Positions 11,758 to 23,404 are shown, counted from the stretch's first letter. The stretch: DNA of 64,000 nucleotides from Candidatus Dadabacteria bacterium (GCA_963805855.1 CAWDVW010000007.1:512001-576000), one strand, 5' to 3'. A program made the numbers and translations. The notes: generated from the sequence alone by a model not told the origin.

Positions 11758-12753
11758 TTATCTTATTTTTGGGTCGATGGCATTCCTAAAACCTTCTCCA
11801 ACCAGATTGAACGAAGTTACAGTAAGAAAAATAGCTGCGCCGGGAAATAGGACAAGCCACCACGCAAAGTCCACATATTTCTTCGATTGTGATAAAACAT
11901 CCCCCCAGCTCGGGGTAGGCGGAGGGACGCCGAATCCCAGAAAGCTGAGAGCCGATTCGACCAAAATCGCTCCTGCTATACCAAAAGTTGCGGCAACAAG
12001 CACCGGTGCTAATGCATTCGGCAACATATGCTTTAACATAACACGAAAATCGCTGCCCCCGAGAGCTATTGCAGCCTCAACATAATCGAACTTCCTCAAC
12101 TTTAAGAAATCGCCTCTTACCAACCGCGCAATTCCAGTCCAACCGGTTGCACCAATCACTATCATTATATTGTAGATGCTCGGATCCCTGAATGCTAGAA
12201 TGGTCAGGATTAGAAAAAAGACCGGGAATGTCATCATGATTTCAAATAGCCTTGAAATTATAAAATCAATCTTGCCTCCGTAAAAACCGGCTATGCCCCC
12301 TAACACAATACCAATAAAAGCAGCGATCCCAATAGCTATAAACCCGATGGAGAGCGATATCCTCGTTCCGTGTATCATCCTGCTAAGCACGTCACGACCC
12401 CTATCATCGGTCCCGAATAGATGAGACATCGACGGAGGTGAAAGTACAGAAAAAAGATCAGTTTGTGTCGGGCTATATTTTATCGGTGGAAATATGGCAA
12501 ATTCTCCTCGGCCGAGATTCTTGGTAACTTTCTCGAAATCAACACCGTAGAGCTCCCGATAATCGAACAACACCGGGAAATAACTTTTGCCGTTCCACCT
12601 GAGAAATATGGGCCTGTTTCCCGCTAAAACATTGTCGCAAATTGCAGTTGCTAATAGAAACAATATTATGATGAAACCGGCCAAAGCAAGCCTGTCTTTT
12701 TTGAATTCTGTCCACGCTGTACCCCAAAATCCAATACTCTTACTCATATTCAT
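11758..12753 (-). CDS. oppC: Peptide ABC transporter permease (OppC-like)
   Basis: HLFGTDDRGRDV, EAA motif (YVEAAIALG), PSWG. Confidence 0.88.
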   Translation of the reverse strand: MNMSKSIGFWGTAWTEFKKDRLALAGFIIILFLLATAICDNVLAGNRPIFLRWNGKSYFPVLFDYRELYGVDFEKVTKNLGRGEFAIFPPIKYSPTQTDLFSVLSPPSMSHLFGTDDRGRDVLSRMIHGTRISLSIGFIAIGIAAFIGIVLGGIAGFYGGKIDFIISRLFEIMMTFPVFFLILTILAFRDPSIYNIMIVIGATGWTGIARLVRGDFLKLRKFDYVEAAIALGGSDFRVMLKHMLPNALAPVLVAATFGIAGAILVESALSFLGFGVPPPTPSWGDVLSQSKKYVDFAWWLVLFPGAAIFLTVTSFNLVGEGFRNAIDPKIR

Positions 12754-13751
12754 CTTTTACCTTCAAAGCTTATTCTTGGGTCAACAAATACATAGGCTAT
12801 ATCCGATATAAAGATTCCGATCAGTGTAAGAAATGCAGTTATTGTTGCAATAGCCATGATTACGGGATAGTCTCTCGAGAGAATTGATTCGAAACCCAAC
12901 TGTCCAATCCCGGGGATAGAGAATATGCTTTCAATTATCACGCTCCCACCAATCATCGCGGGAAGAATGGACGCAACTATGGTAACAATGGGTATTAATG
13001 AGTTTCTAAGCGCGTGCTTCAGTATCACTCTGGATTCAGATAGGCCTTTAGCCCTAGCAGTCCTGACGAAGTCCTCACGAAGTACCTCAAGCAAACTCCC
13101 TTTTTGATACCTCGAAAGATATGCGAAGTCCGCATATGTCAGGCAAATCACTGGTAATGTAATATGCCAGAGAAAATTTAGGGCAATTTTGTAAAATGGA
13201 TAATATTCGGCTCCGGGTGAAATTATCCCGTACACCGGGAAGACATCCCAAAAGTCTCCACCTCCTAGAAAGTATATTAAGACCATCGCAAGCCAAAAAT
13301 TTGGAATCGAATAAAGAGCAAATAAGCAAAACGTTATAATTCGATCTGAAAACCTTCCCTGTCTAATTGCCGAAATAACACCCAGGGGAATAGCAATCAT
13401 ATAGACGATTATGATCGAAATGACATTTAACGAAAGAGTGACCGGGAGTCTCTCGGCTATTTTATCGATTACAGGACGATGATCCTTATAAGATCGACCG
13501 AAATTCAACGTGGCTATTTGACGTAGCCATATCCAATAACGAATGTATATTGGTTTATCTAGACCGTACAATTTCTTGGTCTGTTCTATGATGTCCTTTG
13601 TAATGGATCCTGCTTTTATCCCCTCTTCAAGCTGTAATTTTCTTTCGACTGGGCTTCCGGGGGCAAGCTGAATTACTAAAAATGTTATTAAAGTGATCCC
13701 TAAAAGCGTTGGAACTAACAGAATCAACCGCTTAATTACATAGTCTCTCAT
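12750..13751 (-). CDS. oppB: Peptide ABC transporter permease (OppB-like)
   Basis: YGLDKP, FVRTARAKGL, RDYPVI, DPRI. Confidence 0.88.
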   Translation of the reverse strand: MRDYVIKRLILLVPTLLGITLITFLVIQLAPGSPVERKLQLEEGIKAGSITKDIIEQTKKLYGLDKPIYIRYWIWLRQIATLNFGRSYKDHRPVIDKIAERLPVTLSLNVISIIIVYMIAIPLGVISAIRQGRFSDRIITFCLFALYSIPNFWLAMVLIYFLGGGDFWDVFPVYGIISPGAEYYPFYKIALNFLWHITLPVICLTYADFAYLSRYQKGSLLEVLREDFVRTARAKGLSESRVILKHALRNSLIPIVTIVASILPAMIGGSVIIESIFSIPGIGQLGFESILSRDYPVIMAIATITAFLTLIGIFISDIAYVFVDPRISFEGKR

Positions 13752-13829
13752 GATTTAACATATGGTGTAAAATAACCAGTCATAGTGTTAGTTTTAAACT
13801 GATAATCCGAAAATTAACGATTTAAGGGG

Positions 13830-15494
13830 TCAGGGACTCAATGCCGCTTCTTGCTCGTATTTTCTCAATAGCGGTGGAACAAACCACTCGCGTGGCTCTA
13901 AACCGAGTGGATAGACTACCACACCTTTGAATCTCTTGTTTAATGCTACGGTTGACTTTCGACAAAAGAGAAAGGTGTAAGGTTGTTCTTCATGTACTAT
14001 TTTGGAAAACTTTCTGTACAGCTCAATTCGTTTATCTCTATTAAATTCCGTCCTAGCCTCATCAATTAATCTGTCAGCCTCTTTGTTGCTAAATCCGACA
14101 AAATTAGAACCTTGCTCGAGCTGAGAAGAATGCCAGATCTGATATGGATCAGTCTCAACCCCCATCGACCAACCAAGCGTTACCGCATCAAATTTTCTTT
14201 CATTGAGACGCGTTGTAAAAACCGCCCACTCGGTGTTTCTGATATTCATAAGTATTCCGACCTTATCGAGTTCTTCTTTCAATATCGTAGAAATCTTATC
14301 ACCTGTTTCGGAACCATTTGGGATGAGGAATTCAAATTCAAATTTCACACCATCTTTATCTCTAATTCCGTCGCCGTTGTGATCGACCCAACCCGCCTGA
14401 TCTAACAATGCTTTTGCCTTTCCGGGATCGTAACTATATGGCTCTATTGTTTTGTCATATTCCGGGCTATTAATATAGAAGGGATTAGTAACTATCGTAC
14501 CAAGATTAAATAGGATCTTCTCGAGTATTAGTTCCCTATTTACCAGATGAGACATTGCAATGCGAACACGCGTATCGGAGAAATAGGGCCTTCTAGTATT
14601 CCATCCGATGTAACTGTAGTTAGGGGTAAAATAACTTAACTTATTGAACTTCCTTTTGAAATTTTCTGAATCGCTCTGCCTCGACCACTGTATTGGTGTA
14701 AGAGCCATTAAGTCTAGCTCCTCTCTTTTTAATACCTGAAAAGCGACAGTCGGATCATTAATTATCCTAAAAACAATCCTGTCAAGATGAGGTTTTTCCC
14801 CCCAGTAACCCTGATTCTTTTGCAGTACGATTTCCCTGCCCGTGTTCCAGTTGACAAACTTGTACGGTCCTGTTCCAACCGGGCGTCGTCCAGCCTCGTT
14901 AGTATTAAAATCACCCTTTTCGAATATATGTTTTGGCACAATTGGCATACCTCCGCAGAACTCGAGTGCGAGGAAGTAGGGCCTTGAATACGTAAATTTT
15001 ACTGTCAGCTCATCGACGGCGTCTACACTTTTGATATCCTTATAGTAGTTTCTGAGGTGGGGGGCATCAACTTTAGGATCCATTATTTTTGAGTAGGAGA
15101 AAACAACATCTTGCGAAGTGAATGGAACGCCATCCTGCCATTTTATTCCCTTTCTAATATAAAACGTGTAGGTAAGTTTATCATCGGAAATCTTCCAAGA
15201 TTCTGCAAGGAGCGGAACTATGTCAAGGGTTGCGTTATCCCTCTTTACAAGTGTCTCATAAATATTTCCACTATTAATCATCGACTCATATACGTCTGTA
15301 GCGGTAATCGGATTCAGCGTTGCGGGTTCTGCACCGATATGATAGATCAGCCAATCACCTTCAAATGGTTGTGTTTCCATACTAACCTGGACTTTGTTAC
15401 TTTTCGATTCAGGCTGATCACTTCCGCTCTTACATGAGGTTAGAAAAAGGGGTATAAAAAAGGGCAAGATCAGAATGATCAAATTCTTTTTCAT
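13830..15494 (-). CDS. oppA: Peptide ABC transporter substrate-binding lipoprotein (SBP family 5)
   Basis: Lipobox LTSC, PLLAESW, WQDGVPFTSQDV, PVGTGPYKF. Confidence 0.86.
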   Translation of the reverse strand: MKKNLIILILPFFIPLFLTSCKSGSDQPESKSNKVQVSMETQPFEGDWLIYHIGAEPATLNPITATDVYESMINSGNIYETLVKRDNATLDIVPLLAESWKISDDKLTYTFYIRKGIKWQDGVPFTSQDVVFSYSKIMDPKVDAPHLRNYYKDIKSVDAVDELTVKFTYSRPYFLALEFCGGMPIVPKHIFEKGDFNTNEAGRRPVGTGPYKFVNWNTGREIVLQKNQGYWGEKPHLDRIVFRIINDPTVAFQVLKREELDLMALTPIQWSRQSDSENFKRKFNKLSYFTPNYSYIGWNTRRPYFSDTRVRIAMSHLVNRELILEKILFNLGTIVTNPFYINSPEYDKTIEPYSYDPGKAKALLDQAGWVDHNGDGIRDKDGVKFEFEFLIPNGSETGDKISTILKEELDKVGILMNIRNTEWAVFTTRLNERKFDAVTLGWSMGVETDPYQIWHSSQLEQGSNFVGFSNKEADRLIDEARTEFNRDKRIELYRKFSKIVHEEQPYTFLFCRKSTVALNKRFKGVVVYPLGLEPREWFVPPLLRKYEQEAALSP

Positions 15495-15526
15495 TTAGAT
15501 AGCTTGGTTAGTATGAGGCCTAAGAC

Positions 15527-16279
15527 TCATTCACTTCCTGAAGCCTTTTCGTAAAACGGCTTTAAAAGATCCAGTGGCAGTGGAAATACTATCGTCGAAC
15601 TCTTTTCGGACGAAACTTCAACCAAGGTCTGGAGGAATCTAAGCTGTAGCGCCATAGGGCTCTTTGCTAGAATATCAGCAGCATTTGATAGTTTTGTTGC
15701 TGCCTGATATTCACCTTCCGCATTAATAACCTTGGCCCTTCTTTCTCTCTCAGCTATGGCCTGGCCGGCTATTGCACGCTGCATCTCCTGTGGAAGGTCA
15801 ACGTATTTCACTTCAACAAGCGTCACTTTTATACCCCATGGATCGGTGTGCTTATCTAATACCTCCTGGAGCTGGACATTTAATTTTTCCCTTTCTGACA
15901 GGAGTTCGTCTAATTCAACCTGTCCCAATATGCTTCTCAATGTAGTTTGGGAAAGCTGGGATGTTGCATAGAGATAATTTTCGACCTGAATTACCGCTTT
16001 AACAGGGTCAATAACACGAAAATATACTACCGCATTAACCTTAACGGAAACGTTATCCCTCGTTATTATATCCTGGGGCGGAACGTCCATCGTGATTATC
16101 CGGAGACTAATCTTCAACATCTTATCTACACCAGGGATAATCCATCTAAAACCGGGCATTTTTGGGTCTATAATCCTACCAAGCCTAAATACGACTCCTC
16201 GTTCATATTCATTCAGAATTCTGATTCCTGAAAGAAAAAACAACACAATAAATGCAACAAAAATAAAAATAGGTGTCAT
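15527..16279 (-). CDS. SPFH/stomatin-like (slipin) protein
   Basis: N-terminal [33 protein letters not shown]; paired with nfeD. Confidence 0.92.
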   Translation of the reverse strand: MTPIFIFVAFIVLFFLSGIRILNEYERGVVFRLGRIIDPKMPGFRWIIPGVDKMLKISLRIITMDVPPQDIITRDNVSVKVNAVVYFRVIDPVKAVIQVENYLYATSQLSQTTLRSILGQVELDELLSEREKLNVQLQEVLDKHTDPWGIKVTLVEVKYVDLPQEMQRAIAGQAIAERERRAKVINAEGEYQAATKLSNAADILAKSPMALQLRFLQTLVEVSSEKSSTIVFPLPLDLLKPFYEKASGSE

Positions 16280-16301
16280 GAGTACCTCCTCAAGAAAATA
16301 C

Positions 16302-17645
16302 TTACGCTTTCTTTACTCTTAGTTTGAATCCACCAATCTGTTCCACAACCTTTACCTTTTCCCCCTCCCTTATTGTTTCATCACTCTCCGCATCCCAGTA
16401 TTCACCATGAATAAATATCTTACCTTTATTTTCGATAGTCGTAACCGCCACTCCGACTTCTCCCATAAGACCCTCAAATCCAAGAGATATGGCGGCACGC
16501 TGGGATTTAACCACATAGTATGCTACGAAAGTAAAGAAAAGACCAATTGCTAAGCCCGCGGCAATTACTACATTAAATCCGACTCTCACGTCAGATTCTG
16601 GAGTATCAAAGAGCAGTAGGGCCCCAAGGATAAAGCTCAATATACCTCCGATAGCAAGTAACCCGTAGCTCGTGACATATACCTCGGTAATGAAAAGTAA
16701 AATCGATAGTGTCAGTAGGGCAAGGCCAGCGTAATTGAATGGAAGAATTTGAAGAGAGACAAGACCTAGTAACAGACATATCGCCCCTGCTACCCCCGGA
16801 AAGATCAAACCCGGATTATAAAATTCTATAAATAAGCCAAGCGACCCCAGGGAAATGAGTAGAAAAGCGATATCCGGAGTACTAAGTATATCAACTAATC
16901 TCTGCTTAGCATTCATATTAACCCTGTCTACCATTGCCCCTTTTGTATTTAATATCTTTTTGCCCGTTGGAAGAGTAACCTCTCTCCCATCAATCTCATT
17001 AATCAATTCATTTAAATTTGGAGAGATCAGGTCGATGACATCTTTCTTGAGTGCCTCAGTTGAGGTTATCGAAGCGCTACTTCTTACCGCATCTATCGCC
17101 CATTTAACATTTCTACCACGTTTCTCTGCTATACTTTCGATAAACGACGCGGCGAAATTCTCTATTTTTTCACTCATCTTCTTATCATTTCCGTTTTTTT
17201 CTTTGTCCTCATCCTTACTCTTCTGGCCGCCTCCACTAGGACCTAAGAATACTGGTGCCGCCGCGCCTATACTTGTGCCGTCTGCCATTGCCGCTATGTT
17301 GGCTGACAACGTTATAAAAACACCCGCAGAAGTTGCCGTAGCGCCGCTTGGATAAACATAGACTATTATAGGTACTGTTGAATTTAAGAGGGATTTTACT
17401 ATCTCTTTCGTAGAGGTGAGCAGTCCGCCAGGTGTATCAAGGAGAATGATCAACGCTTCAGATGAGTTTTCCTTGGCACTTTCCATACCTGATCGAATAT
17501 AATCAACCGTAGCAGGATTTATTGTTCCGTCGATTTCAATCAATGTTATTCTCTTTGCGCTTTTAACATCTGAATCCGAAAGGGCAGGATTGATCCCGGA
17601 GATGAGAATGTGTGAAAAAAAAATCAACAATAGATTAGCTACCAT
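16302..17645 (-). CDS. nfeD: NfeD family membrane-bound serine protease (long form)
   Basis: LDTPGG, ATSAG, TSIGAA ClpP-like domain, TM bundle, C-terminal OB fold (HGEYWDA). Confidence 0.9.
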   Translation of the reverse strand: MVANLLLIFFSHILISGINPALSDSDVKSAKRITLIEIDGTINPATVDYIRSGMESAKENSSEALIILLDTPGGLLTSTKEIVKSLLNSTVPIIVYVYPSGATATSAGVFITLSANIAAMADGTSIGAAAPVFLGPSGGGQKSKDEDKEKNGNDKKMSEKIENFAASFIESIAEKRGRNVKWAIDAVRSSASITSTEALKKDVIDLISPNLNELINEIDGREVTLPTGKKILNTKGAMVDRVNMNAKQRLVDILSTPDIAFLLISLGSLGLFIEFYNPGLIFPGVAGAICLLLGLVSLQILPFNYAGLALLTLSILLFITEVYVTSYGLLAIGGILSFILGALLLFDTPESDVRVGFNVVIAAGLAIGLFFTFVAYYVVKSQRAAISLGFEGLMGEVGVAVTTIENKGKIFIHGEYWDAESDETIREGEKVKVVEQIGGFKLRVKKA

Positions 17646-17664
17646 ATCAGAGGTTCCTAATGAT

Positions 17665-17693
17665 ATTGTAGCTTTCTAATATGAAAACTGCAA
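17665..17693 (-). promoter_or_regulatory. Putative sigma70 promoter for nfeD-SPFH
   Basis: Minus strand TTGCAG-N17-TACAAT, about 20 nt upstream of the nfeD ATG. Confidence 0.5.
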
Positions 17694-17752
17694 ATTGTCT
17701 GATCGCACTTAACTAACCGTGATAAAACCAAAAATCTAAATAGGAATCAAGC

Positions 17753-17780
17753 TTGTTTTTTCTTTTGTAGTTATTATAAT
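17753..17780 (+). promoter_or_regulatory. Putative sigma70 promoter, probably giving a leaderless mRNA for the TPR gene
   Basis: TTGTTT-N16-TATAAT; ATG at 17788 follows 7 nt later with no Shine-Dalgarno. Confidence 0.45.
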
Positions 17781-17787
17781 TTCACGG

Positions 17788-18424
17788 ATGGCTAAAAAGG
17801 TAAAATTCACTCGGAAAGAAATAAAAAGCCCTGACGAATTTAGAAAATCTATCTCAAGTATAGTCGAATTCATATCGGATAACTATATTAAATTTGTCAT
17901 CGGCGTTGGCATCACCATAATAATCTTAGTAGCCATATTCTCAGTCAGCATTTATCGTGAAAATCAGGATCTAGAGGCTAACTCCAAGTTTCAAACTGCT
18001 CTTGGGCATTACACCGCCAGGGAACACCGAGACCGCTTTATCCGAATTTACAAGCATTATGGATAATTATCCCAATTCAAAGATATCTGACATCGCCCTC
18101 TACTGTATTGGACTCATAAATTTCGAGGATGGAAAGTATGATGAAGCCATTCTCAGACTAAATGAATTTTTAAGCATCGAAAATACTGATACTATATTGA
18201 AAGATGCGGCGAACTATACGATTGGTGTTGCCAACTTCAAGAAAGGTAGCTGGCAACCCGCAATTGATTCCTTTTCTAAGCTCAACTCAGATGAAAACCC
18301 TTATGCAAAACAGGCCCAACTACTTTTGGCCCTGGCATTGGAAAAACAGGGAAAACGAGTCGAGGCAGAGAAAATTTATCAAGAGGTCTTAACAGGTTTT
18401 TCGGCAAACAATTTTACGTTCTAA
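17788..18424 (+). pseudogene. Membrane-anchored TPR protein (YfgM-like) split by a +1 frameshift near 18017; possibly a sequencing error
   Basis: ORF1 (RKEIKSPDEF + TM) and ORF2 (TPR helices) overlap; removing one base near 18017 gives ...HYTAGNTETALSEF... Confidence 0.75.
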
Positions 18425-18569
18425 CCTAAACGCAGCATTACTTTCGTATTGATGAGAATTCGTTGATCTGTTTTGGCTACTTAAGCAAGTTTGACATGAA
18501 TCGGGAGACAGATCTTGTCATTTTTTCTGCTTTGTTCGTCAGTAAGTAATTTTTGCGGAGGATCATGAG

Positions 18570-18929
18570 ATGATAGTTTTGGGTTCAATTTTGATTGGCT
18601 TAGTTGCAGGAATTGCAAGTGGCTTTTTCGGAATCGGTGGTGGACTCGTTATGGTCCCCGCAATTGTATATTTCTTTAAGCTTAGTCAACACCAGGCGCA
18701 GGGAATTTCCCTTGCAGTTCTTACTCCTCCTCTTCTATTGTTCGCAGCCATAAAATATTACAATGAATATAACATTGATTTGCGTATGGCATTATTCATT
18801 GCTCTGGGTTTTGTTGGAGCAGCTTATTTGGGAGCGAAATTGGTTACATATATCCCCGACCCACTCCTAAAGAGGTTATTCGGGGTATTGCTGCTTATAG
18901 TTTCTATAAAGATGATATTGGGAAAGTAA
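18570..18929 (+). CDS. Short sulfite exporter TauE/SafE (TSUP) family protein
   Basis: SGFFGIGGGLVMVP, QHQAQGISL, LKRLFG; 4 TM segments; GGAGG RBS. Confidence 0.85.
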   Translation: MIVLGSILIGLVAGIASGFFGIGGGLVMVPAIVYFFKLSQHQAQGISLAVLTPPLLLFAAIKYYNEYNIDLRMALFIALGFVGAAYLGAKLVTYIPDPLLKRLFGVLLLIVSIKMILGK

Positions 18930-18985
18930 TTTATAAAATTAAAAATTATTTGTCACAACAATAAAAGAATATGAATATTTTTTGA

Positions 18986-19939
18986 TTATTTATTTTTTAA
19001 ATCTAAACCCTTCACTCTATAAAAGGCCTTAACCTCATCCATCAGTCTTTCCAAATCTTCAGGAAGACGACACCAATTGATCTCCTTGTCACTTTTAAGC
19101 CATGTCATCTGGCGCTTTGCAAGCCTTTTGGTGTCACGCTTTGTGAGCTCTATTGCCGTCTTAAGAGAAATCTTTTTGTCAAGATATTGGTTTACCTGCC
19201 TGTAACCTATCGACCGCAATGGCTTCAAAGTAGGTATAAATCCCATACTCCGAATCTTCTTTACTTCCTCGATAAACCCATTTCTGATCATCGAGTCCAC
19301 CCTGTCTTCTATCCTCCTTCTTATCGCATCTCTTTCGTCATAAAGACCTATCTTCAGATAACTGTAGTCATTATCCCGAAATCCATGCTTTTTCTGCAGA
19401 GTCGAAATCTTCTCCCCGGTTAGGTAATAAGATTCCAGGGCGCGTTCGATCCTCACATAATCATTCGAGTGAATTCCCAGCGCTGACTCCGGATCGAGCG
19501 ATTTTAATTTCTCATAAAAATATCCTACACCAAAAGAAGATTTTAGAATCCTGAACCTCTCCCTTATTTCTTTGTTGCTTGCGGCACCAGCAATCAGGCC
19601 GTGGAGAAGTACTCTCACATACAGATATGTGCCCCCCACCACAATAAGTTTAGTTCTATTGTTTGTCAGTTTGCGAATTACTGAATTTGCGTATTGTCTA
19701 AACAATCCGGCGTTAAATTCCTCGTCTGGATCTACAATATCGATTAGGTGGTGATCAACTTGGGTCTGATCTTCCTTGCTCGGCTTTGCTGTTCCTATAT
19801 CTAAGTAGCGATATACCTGCAGAGAGTCAGCACTTAAGATCGCCCCGCCTATTCTCTTTGCAATCTCTACGGCAAGACTGCTCTTACCTATTGCGGTGGG
19901 ACCCAATATTACCAGCAGCCTGGGTTTGTTGCTTGTCAC
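18986..19939 (-). CDS. miaA: tRNA dimethylallyltransferase
   Basis: GPTAIGKS, DSLQVYRYLDIGTAKP, VGGTYLY, AKRQMTW. Confidence 0.95.
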   Translation of the reverse strand: MTSNKPRLLVILGPTAIGKSSLAVEIAKRIGGAILSADSLQVYRYLDIGTAKPSKEDQTQVDHHLIDIVDPDEEFNAGLFRQYANSVIRKLTNNRTKLIVVGGTYLYVRVLLHGLIAGAASNKEIRERFRILKSSFGVGYFYEKLKSLDPESALGIHSNDYVRIERALESYYLTGEKISTLQKKHGFRDNDYSYLKIGLYDERDAIRRRIEDRVDSMIRNGFIEEVKKIRSMGFIPTLKPLRSIGYRQVNQYLDKKISLKTAIELTKRDTKRLAKRQMTWLKSDKEINWCRLPEDLERLMDEVKAFYRVKGLDLKNK

Positions 19940-19995
19940 CGATGTTTGAGGTCAATGTCGTTTCTAATTTATCGTAAAATTAAATGCGTAATAGC

Positions 19996-22113
19996 CTAAT
20001 TAGAAGTTCCTTTGTAGTTTTCTATATCTTCTCCTAATGCTTCCTTTCTACTAAGTCTTATCCTGCCGTCATCATCCTTGCCGATACATTTCACAAGTAT
20101 TTCATCACCCTCTACAACGATATCTGTAACCTTGCCAACCCTTGTAGGCGCCAGTTGCGAAATGTGAACCAACCCATCCTTACCGTGTGACAATTCAACT
20201 ATGGCCCCGAAATCAAGAACACGTTTTACTCTACCAAGATATATCTTGCCAACTTCAATTTCTTGTATGATTTCTTTTATCATCCTCTGTGCAGTTTCGC
20301 ATCCCTCTGGATCTGTAGATGAAACGCTAACAGTCCCCGAGTCATCGATATCAATATTAGCACCAGTTATTTCGATTATTTTCTTTATCATTTTACCACT
20401 GGGACCGATCACGTCCTTTATCTTTTCTGGATTGATCTGAAATGTTAAAATTCTGGGAGCGTAGACCGATATATGATCTCTCGGTTCGGAGATAACTTCG
20501 TTCATCTTACTTAATACGAATAGTCTCGCTTCTTTAGCCTGCTTCAGCGCATCTACTAAAATTTCTTTTGCGACACCCGTGACCTTAATGTCCATCTGAA
20601 GTGCGGTCACACCATCTTTAGTTCCTGCTACCTTAAAATCCATGTCGCCTAAATGGTCTTCATCACCGAGTATATCAGAGAGGATCGCAAATTGATCACC
20701 TTCCTTAATCAATCCCATTGCGATACCACTAACAGGAGCGCTGAGCGGGACACCTGCATCGAGGAGAGATAGCGACGCCCCACAAACGGTAGCCATAGAT
20801 GATGATCCATTAGATTCAAGTATCTCGGATACCACTCTTATGGTATATGGGAATTTATCCTTTGGCGGAAGAACCGGCAAAAGAGCCCTTTCGGCGAGGG
20901 CTCCATGACCAATTTCCCTTCTCCCAGGTCCTAGCCTCCCACTAATCTCTCCCACGCTAAAAGGAAGAAAGTTATAATGGAGCATGAACCTTTTAGTTAA
21001 ATCGCCTTCCAGTGAATCTATCCTCTGCTCATTATAGGCCGTGCCTAAAGTAGTACTGACTACTGCTTGAGTTTCACCCCTAGTAAATAGGGCCGATCCA
21101 TGCGCACGGGGCAAAAATTCTATTTCTGCACTTATATCCCTGATATCTTCATACCTTCTGCCATCTACCCTCTTTTCGTCCTTTACTATAAATTCTCTGA
21201 CAACGCCTTTTAACACTTTCTCGAAGGCATTCGTTATCTCATTTTCCATTCCTGGAAAGTCAGTAGATACAGTTTCAATAGTTTCGTGAAGTATAGATTT
21301 TATTTTCTCCTTTCTTTCGATCTTTGAGGTAGATACTAAAGATTCGACCAGGCGATTTTTGACAAACGATAGTACACCCTCGTTGATCGATTCAGCCACA
21401 GCCGATACAGGTATTTCCCTCTTTCTTATATCCAATCCAGTTAATAGTTCTTCTTGAATTTCGATAAATTCCTTTACGCGCTCATGGGCAAACATAAGTG
21501 CTTCAACTATTTCAGCTTCAGCCACTTGATCGGCACCGCCCTCAACCATCACAATTGCTTTGCTTGTACCCGCGACTACGATGTCTATATCGCTTTGTCG
21601 AAGTTCAGACCTTGTTGGATTGCAAATAAACTCACCCCCTATTCTCGCTACACGGACCGCAGCAATCGGGCCGTCGAAGGGTACGTCCGACACCACGAGT
21701 GCAGCCGATGCTGCCGTGACAGAGAGTACGTCGGGTGTATTTTCGGGGTCTGCCGAAAGCACTGTAACTATCATCTGAGTTTCATAACAGAATTCTTTCG
21801 GTATAAGTGGTCTTATCGGTCTGTCGATTAGTCTTGAAATCAGGATTTCGGTCTCGCTTGGCCTTCCTTCCCTTCGGAAATAACCCCCAGGGATTCTACC
21901 GGCGGCATAAGACTTTTCCTGATAATTTATGGTTAACGGTAGAAAGTCTTCCCCTTCGACCCGGTCCTCCTCGGCTACCACCGTAGCCAAGACCACGATA
22001 TCCCCATGGCGAACTAAAACAGCTCCACTAGCTTGTTTCGCGAGCTTTCCAACCTCGATTTCGAAATTCTTTCCCAGTACTTGTTTCTTAACGCCTTTAA
22101 AACCAATATTCAA
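19996..22113 (-). CDS. pnp: Polyribonucleotide nucleotidyltransferase
   Basis: IPGGYFRREGRP, RREIGHGALA, SNGSSSMA, DMDFKVAGT, KH and S1 domains; TTG start with AAGGAGG RBS. Confidence 0.97.
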   Translation of the reverse strand: MNIGFKGVKKQVLGKNFEIEVGKLAKQASGAVLVRHGDIVVLATVVAEEDRVEGEDFLPLTINYQEKSYAAGRIPGGYFRREGRPSETEILISRLIDRPIRPLIPKEFCYETQMIVTVLSADPENTPDVLSVTAASAALVVSDVPFDGPIAAVRVARIGGEFICNPTRSELRQSDIDIVVAGTSKAIVMVEGGADQVAEAEIVEALMFAHERVKEFIEIQEELLTGLDIRKREIPVSAVAESINEGVLSFVKNRLVESLVSTSKIERKEKIKSILHETIETVSTDFPGMENEITNAFEKVLKGVVREFIVKDEKRVDGRRYEDIRDISAEIEFLPRAHGSALFTRGETQAVVSTTLGTAYNEQRIDSLEGDLTKRFMLHYNFLPFSVGEISGRLGPGRREIGHGALAERALLPVLPPKDKFPYTIRVVSEILESNGSSSMATVCGASLSLLDAGVPLSAPVSGIAMGLIKEGDQFAILSDILGDEDHLGDMDFKVAGTKDGVTALQMDIKVTGVAKEILVDALKQAKEARLFVLSKMNEVISEPRDHISVYAPRILTFQINPEKIKDVIGPSGKMIKKIIEITGANIDIDDSGTVSVSSTDPEGCETAQRMIKEIIQEIEVGKIYLGRVKRVLDFGAIVELSHGKDGLVHISQLAPTRVGKVTDIVVEGDEILVKCIGKDDDGRIRLSRKEALGEDIENYKGTSN

Positions 22114-22134
22114 CTAATTCCTCCTTGAAGTTAC

Positions 22135-22404
22135 TTACTTTCTTAATCCAAGTTTTTCAATTAAAGCCTGGTATTTTCCCGGTTGCTTCTTCTTCAGGTA
22201 ATTGAGCAATTTTCTACGTTTTGCAACGAGGGAGAGAAGCCCTCGTCTCGAACTCAAATCCTTTGATGCAGATTGCAGATGACTTGAAAGTCCCTTTATT
22301 CGACTCGTCAATAAAGCAACCTGTACCTCAGACGACCCTACGTCTTTGTCGTGTAAACCAAAGTTATTTATCAAACTCAATTTTTCCTCTTTCTCTAACA
22401 CCAT
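22135..22404 (-). CDS. rpsO: 30S ribosomal protein S15 (89 aa from ATG at 22404)
   Basis: [39 protein letters not shown] before 22404. Confidence 0.95.
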   Translation of the reverse strand: MVLEKEEKLSLINNFGLHDKDVGSSEVQVALLTSRIKGLSSHLQSASKDLSSRRGLLSLVAKRRKLLNYLKKKQPGKYQALIEKLGLRK

Positions 22405-22489
22405 ATTTGCTCTCCTTAATACATTTTCTCTGAAAAAGTTAACTATCGACAAATAATCTTACTAATATTATAGAATAGTCAAATTGAAT

Positions 22490-23404
22490 CTATGAATTAA
22501 AAACCCTCAAATGACTGAAGATAATTTGCTGATCCTCAATTTTGCTGAAATCACGAGAACTGAATCTGGCCTGCGATACAGAGATAAGATCAGTATTATC
22601 ATAAAAAGCTAACCTTTCACCAGCTTCAAACTCAGGGATGTTCGACAAATCAAGATAAGATTTACGAACCTGTTCGCCATTCCTGATTCTAATGGACGTA
22701 TTCTTCGCCACATATACATGCTTAAGGTGGGAAAGAGCCCTGTCTATTGGTATTAGATTTAACTCTCCACGCATTATTTCCTCTATCGTAATTGTATCTT
22801 CAATCTTGAAATTCCCGCTCTTTAATCTTCTCAGATCAACCAAATGGCCCCCATATCCTAATTTGCTCCCAATGTCTGCAGCTAGGACTCTCACATAAGT
22901 ACCTCGAGAACATTTGACAAAAAATTTCAGTAACGGGGACCGAAAGTCCAAAATTTCTAATTCCGCTATCTTAACCGCACGAAGGGGCCTCTGCACCTCA
23001 ATGCCATTTCTCGCCAGTTCATATAATCTCCTACCTCTCTGTTTCAGGGCTGAATACATCGGCGGTAACTGCATTGGTTCATTCTTAACACAGGCGAAAG
23101 CAGTCTCAATATCATTTAAACTTATTTCATCTAGCTCCTTCACATTGGTTATTTCCCCCGTCTCATCCATGGTGTCAGTAGTTACACCGAGTTTCAAAGT
23201 AGCTTCATACTCTTTATAGGTTTCATCTAGAAATGGAATGACTTTTGTTGCATTATTCAAACATACCGGAAGAACCCCGGTGGCAAATGGGTCAAGTGTA
23301 CCCGTGTGGCCCGCGCGCCTCGCTTTCACAATTTTCTTTATATCGTGCACAACGACGTGTGATGTTTTGCCCTTGGGCTTGTCTACAAGTAATATTCCGT
23401 TCAT
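22490..23404 (-). CDS. truB: tRNA pseudouridine(55) synthase
   Basis: GHTGTLDPFATGVL, PPMYSALK, CSRGTYVR. Confidence 0.96.
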   Translation of the reverse strand: MNGILLVDKPKGKTSHVVVHDIKKIVKARRAGHTGTLDPFATGVLPVCLNNATKVIPFLDETYKEYEATLKLGVTTDTMDETGEITNVKELDEISLNDIETAFACVKNEPMQLPPMYSALKQRGRRLYELARNGIEVQRPLRAVKIAELEILDFRSPLLKFFVKCSRGTYVRVLAADIGSKLGYGGHLVDLRRLKSGNFKIEDTITIEEIMRGELNLIPIDRALSHLKHVYVAKNTSIRIRNGEQVRKSYLDLSNIPEFEAGERLAFYDNTDLISVSQARFSSRDFSKIEDQQIIFSHLRVFNS

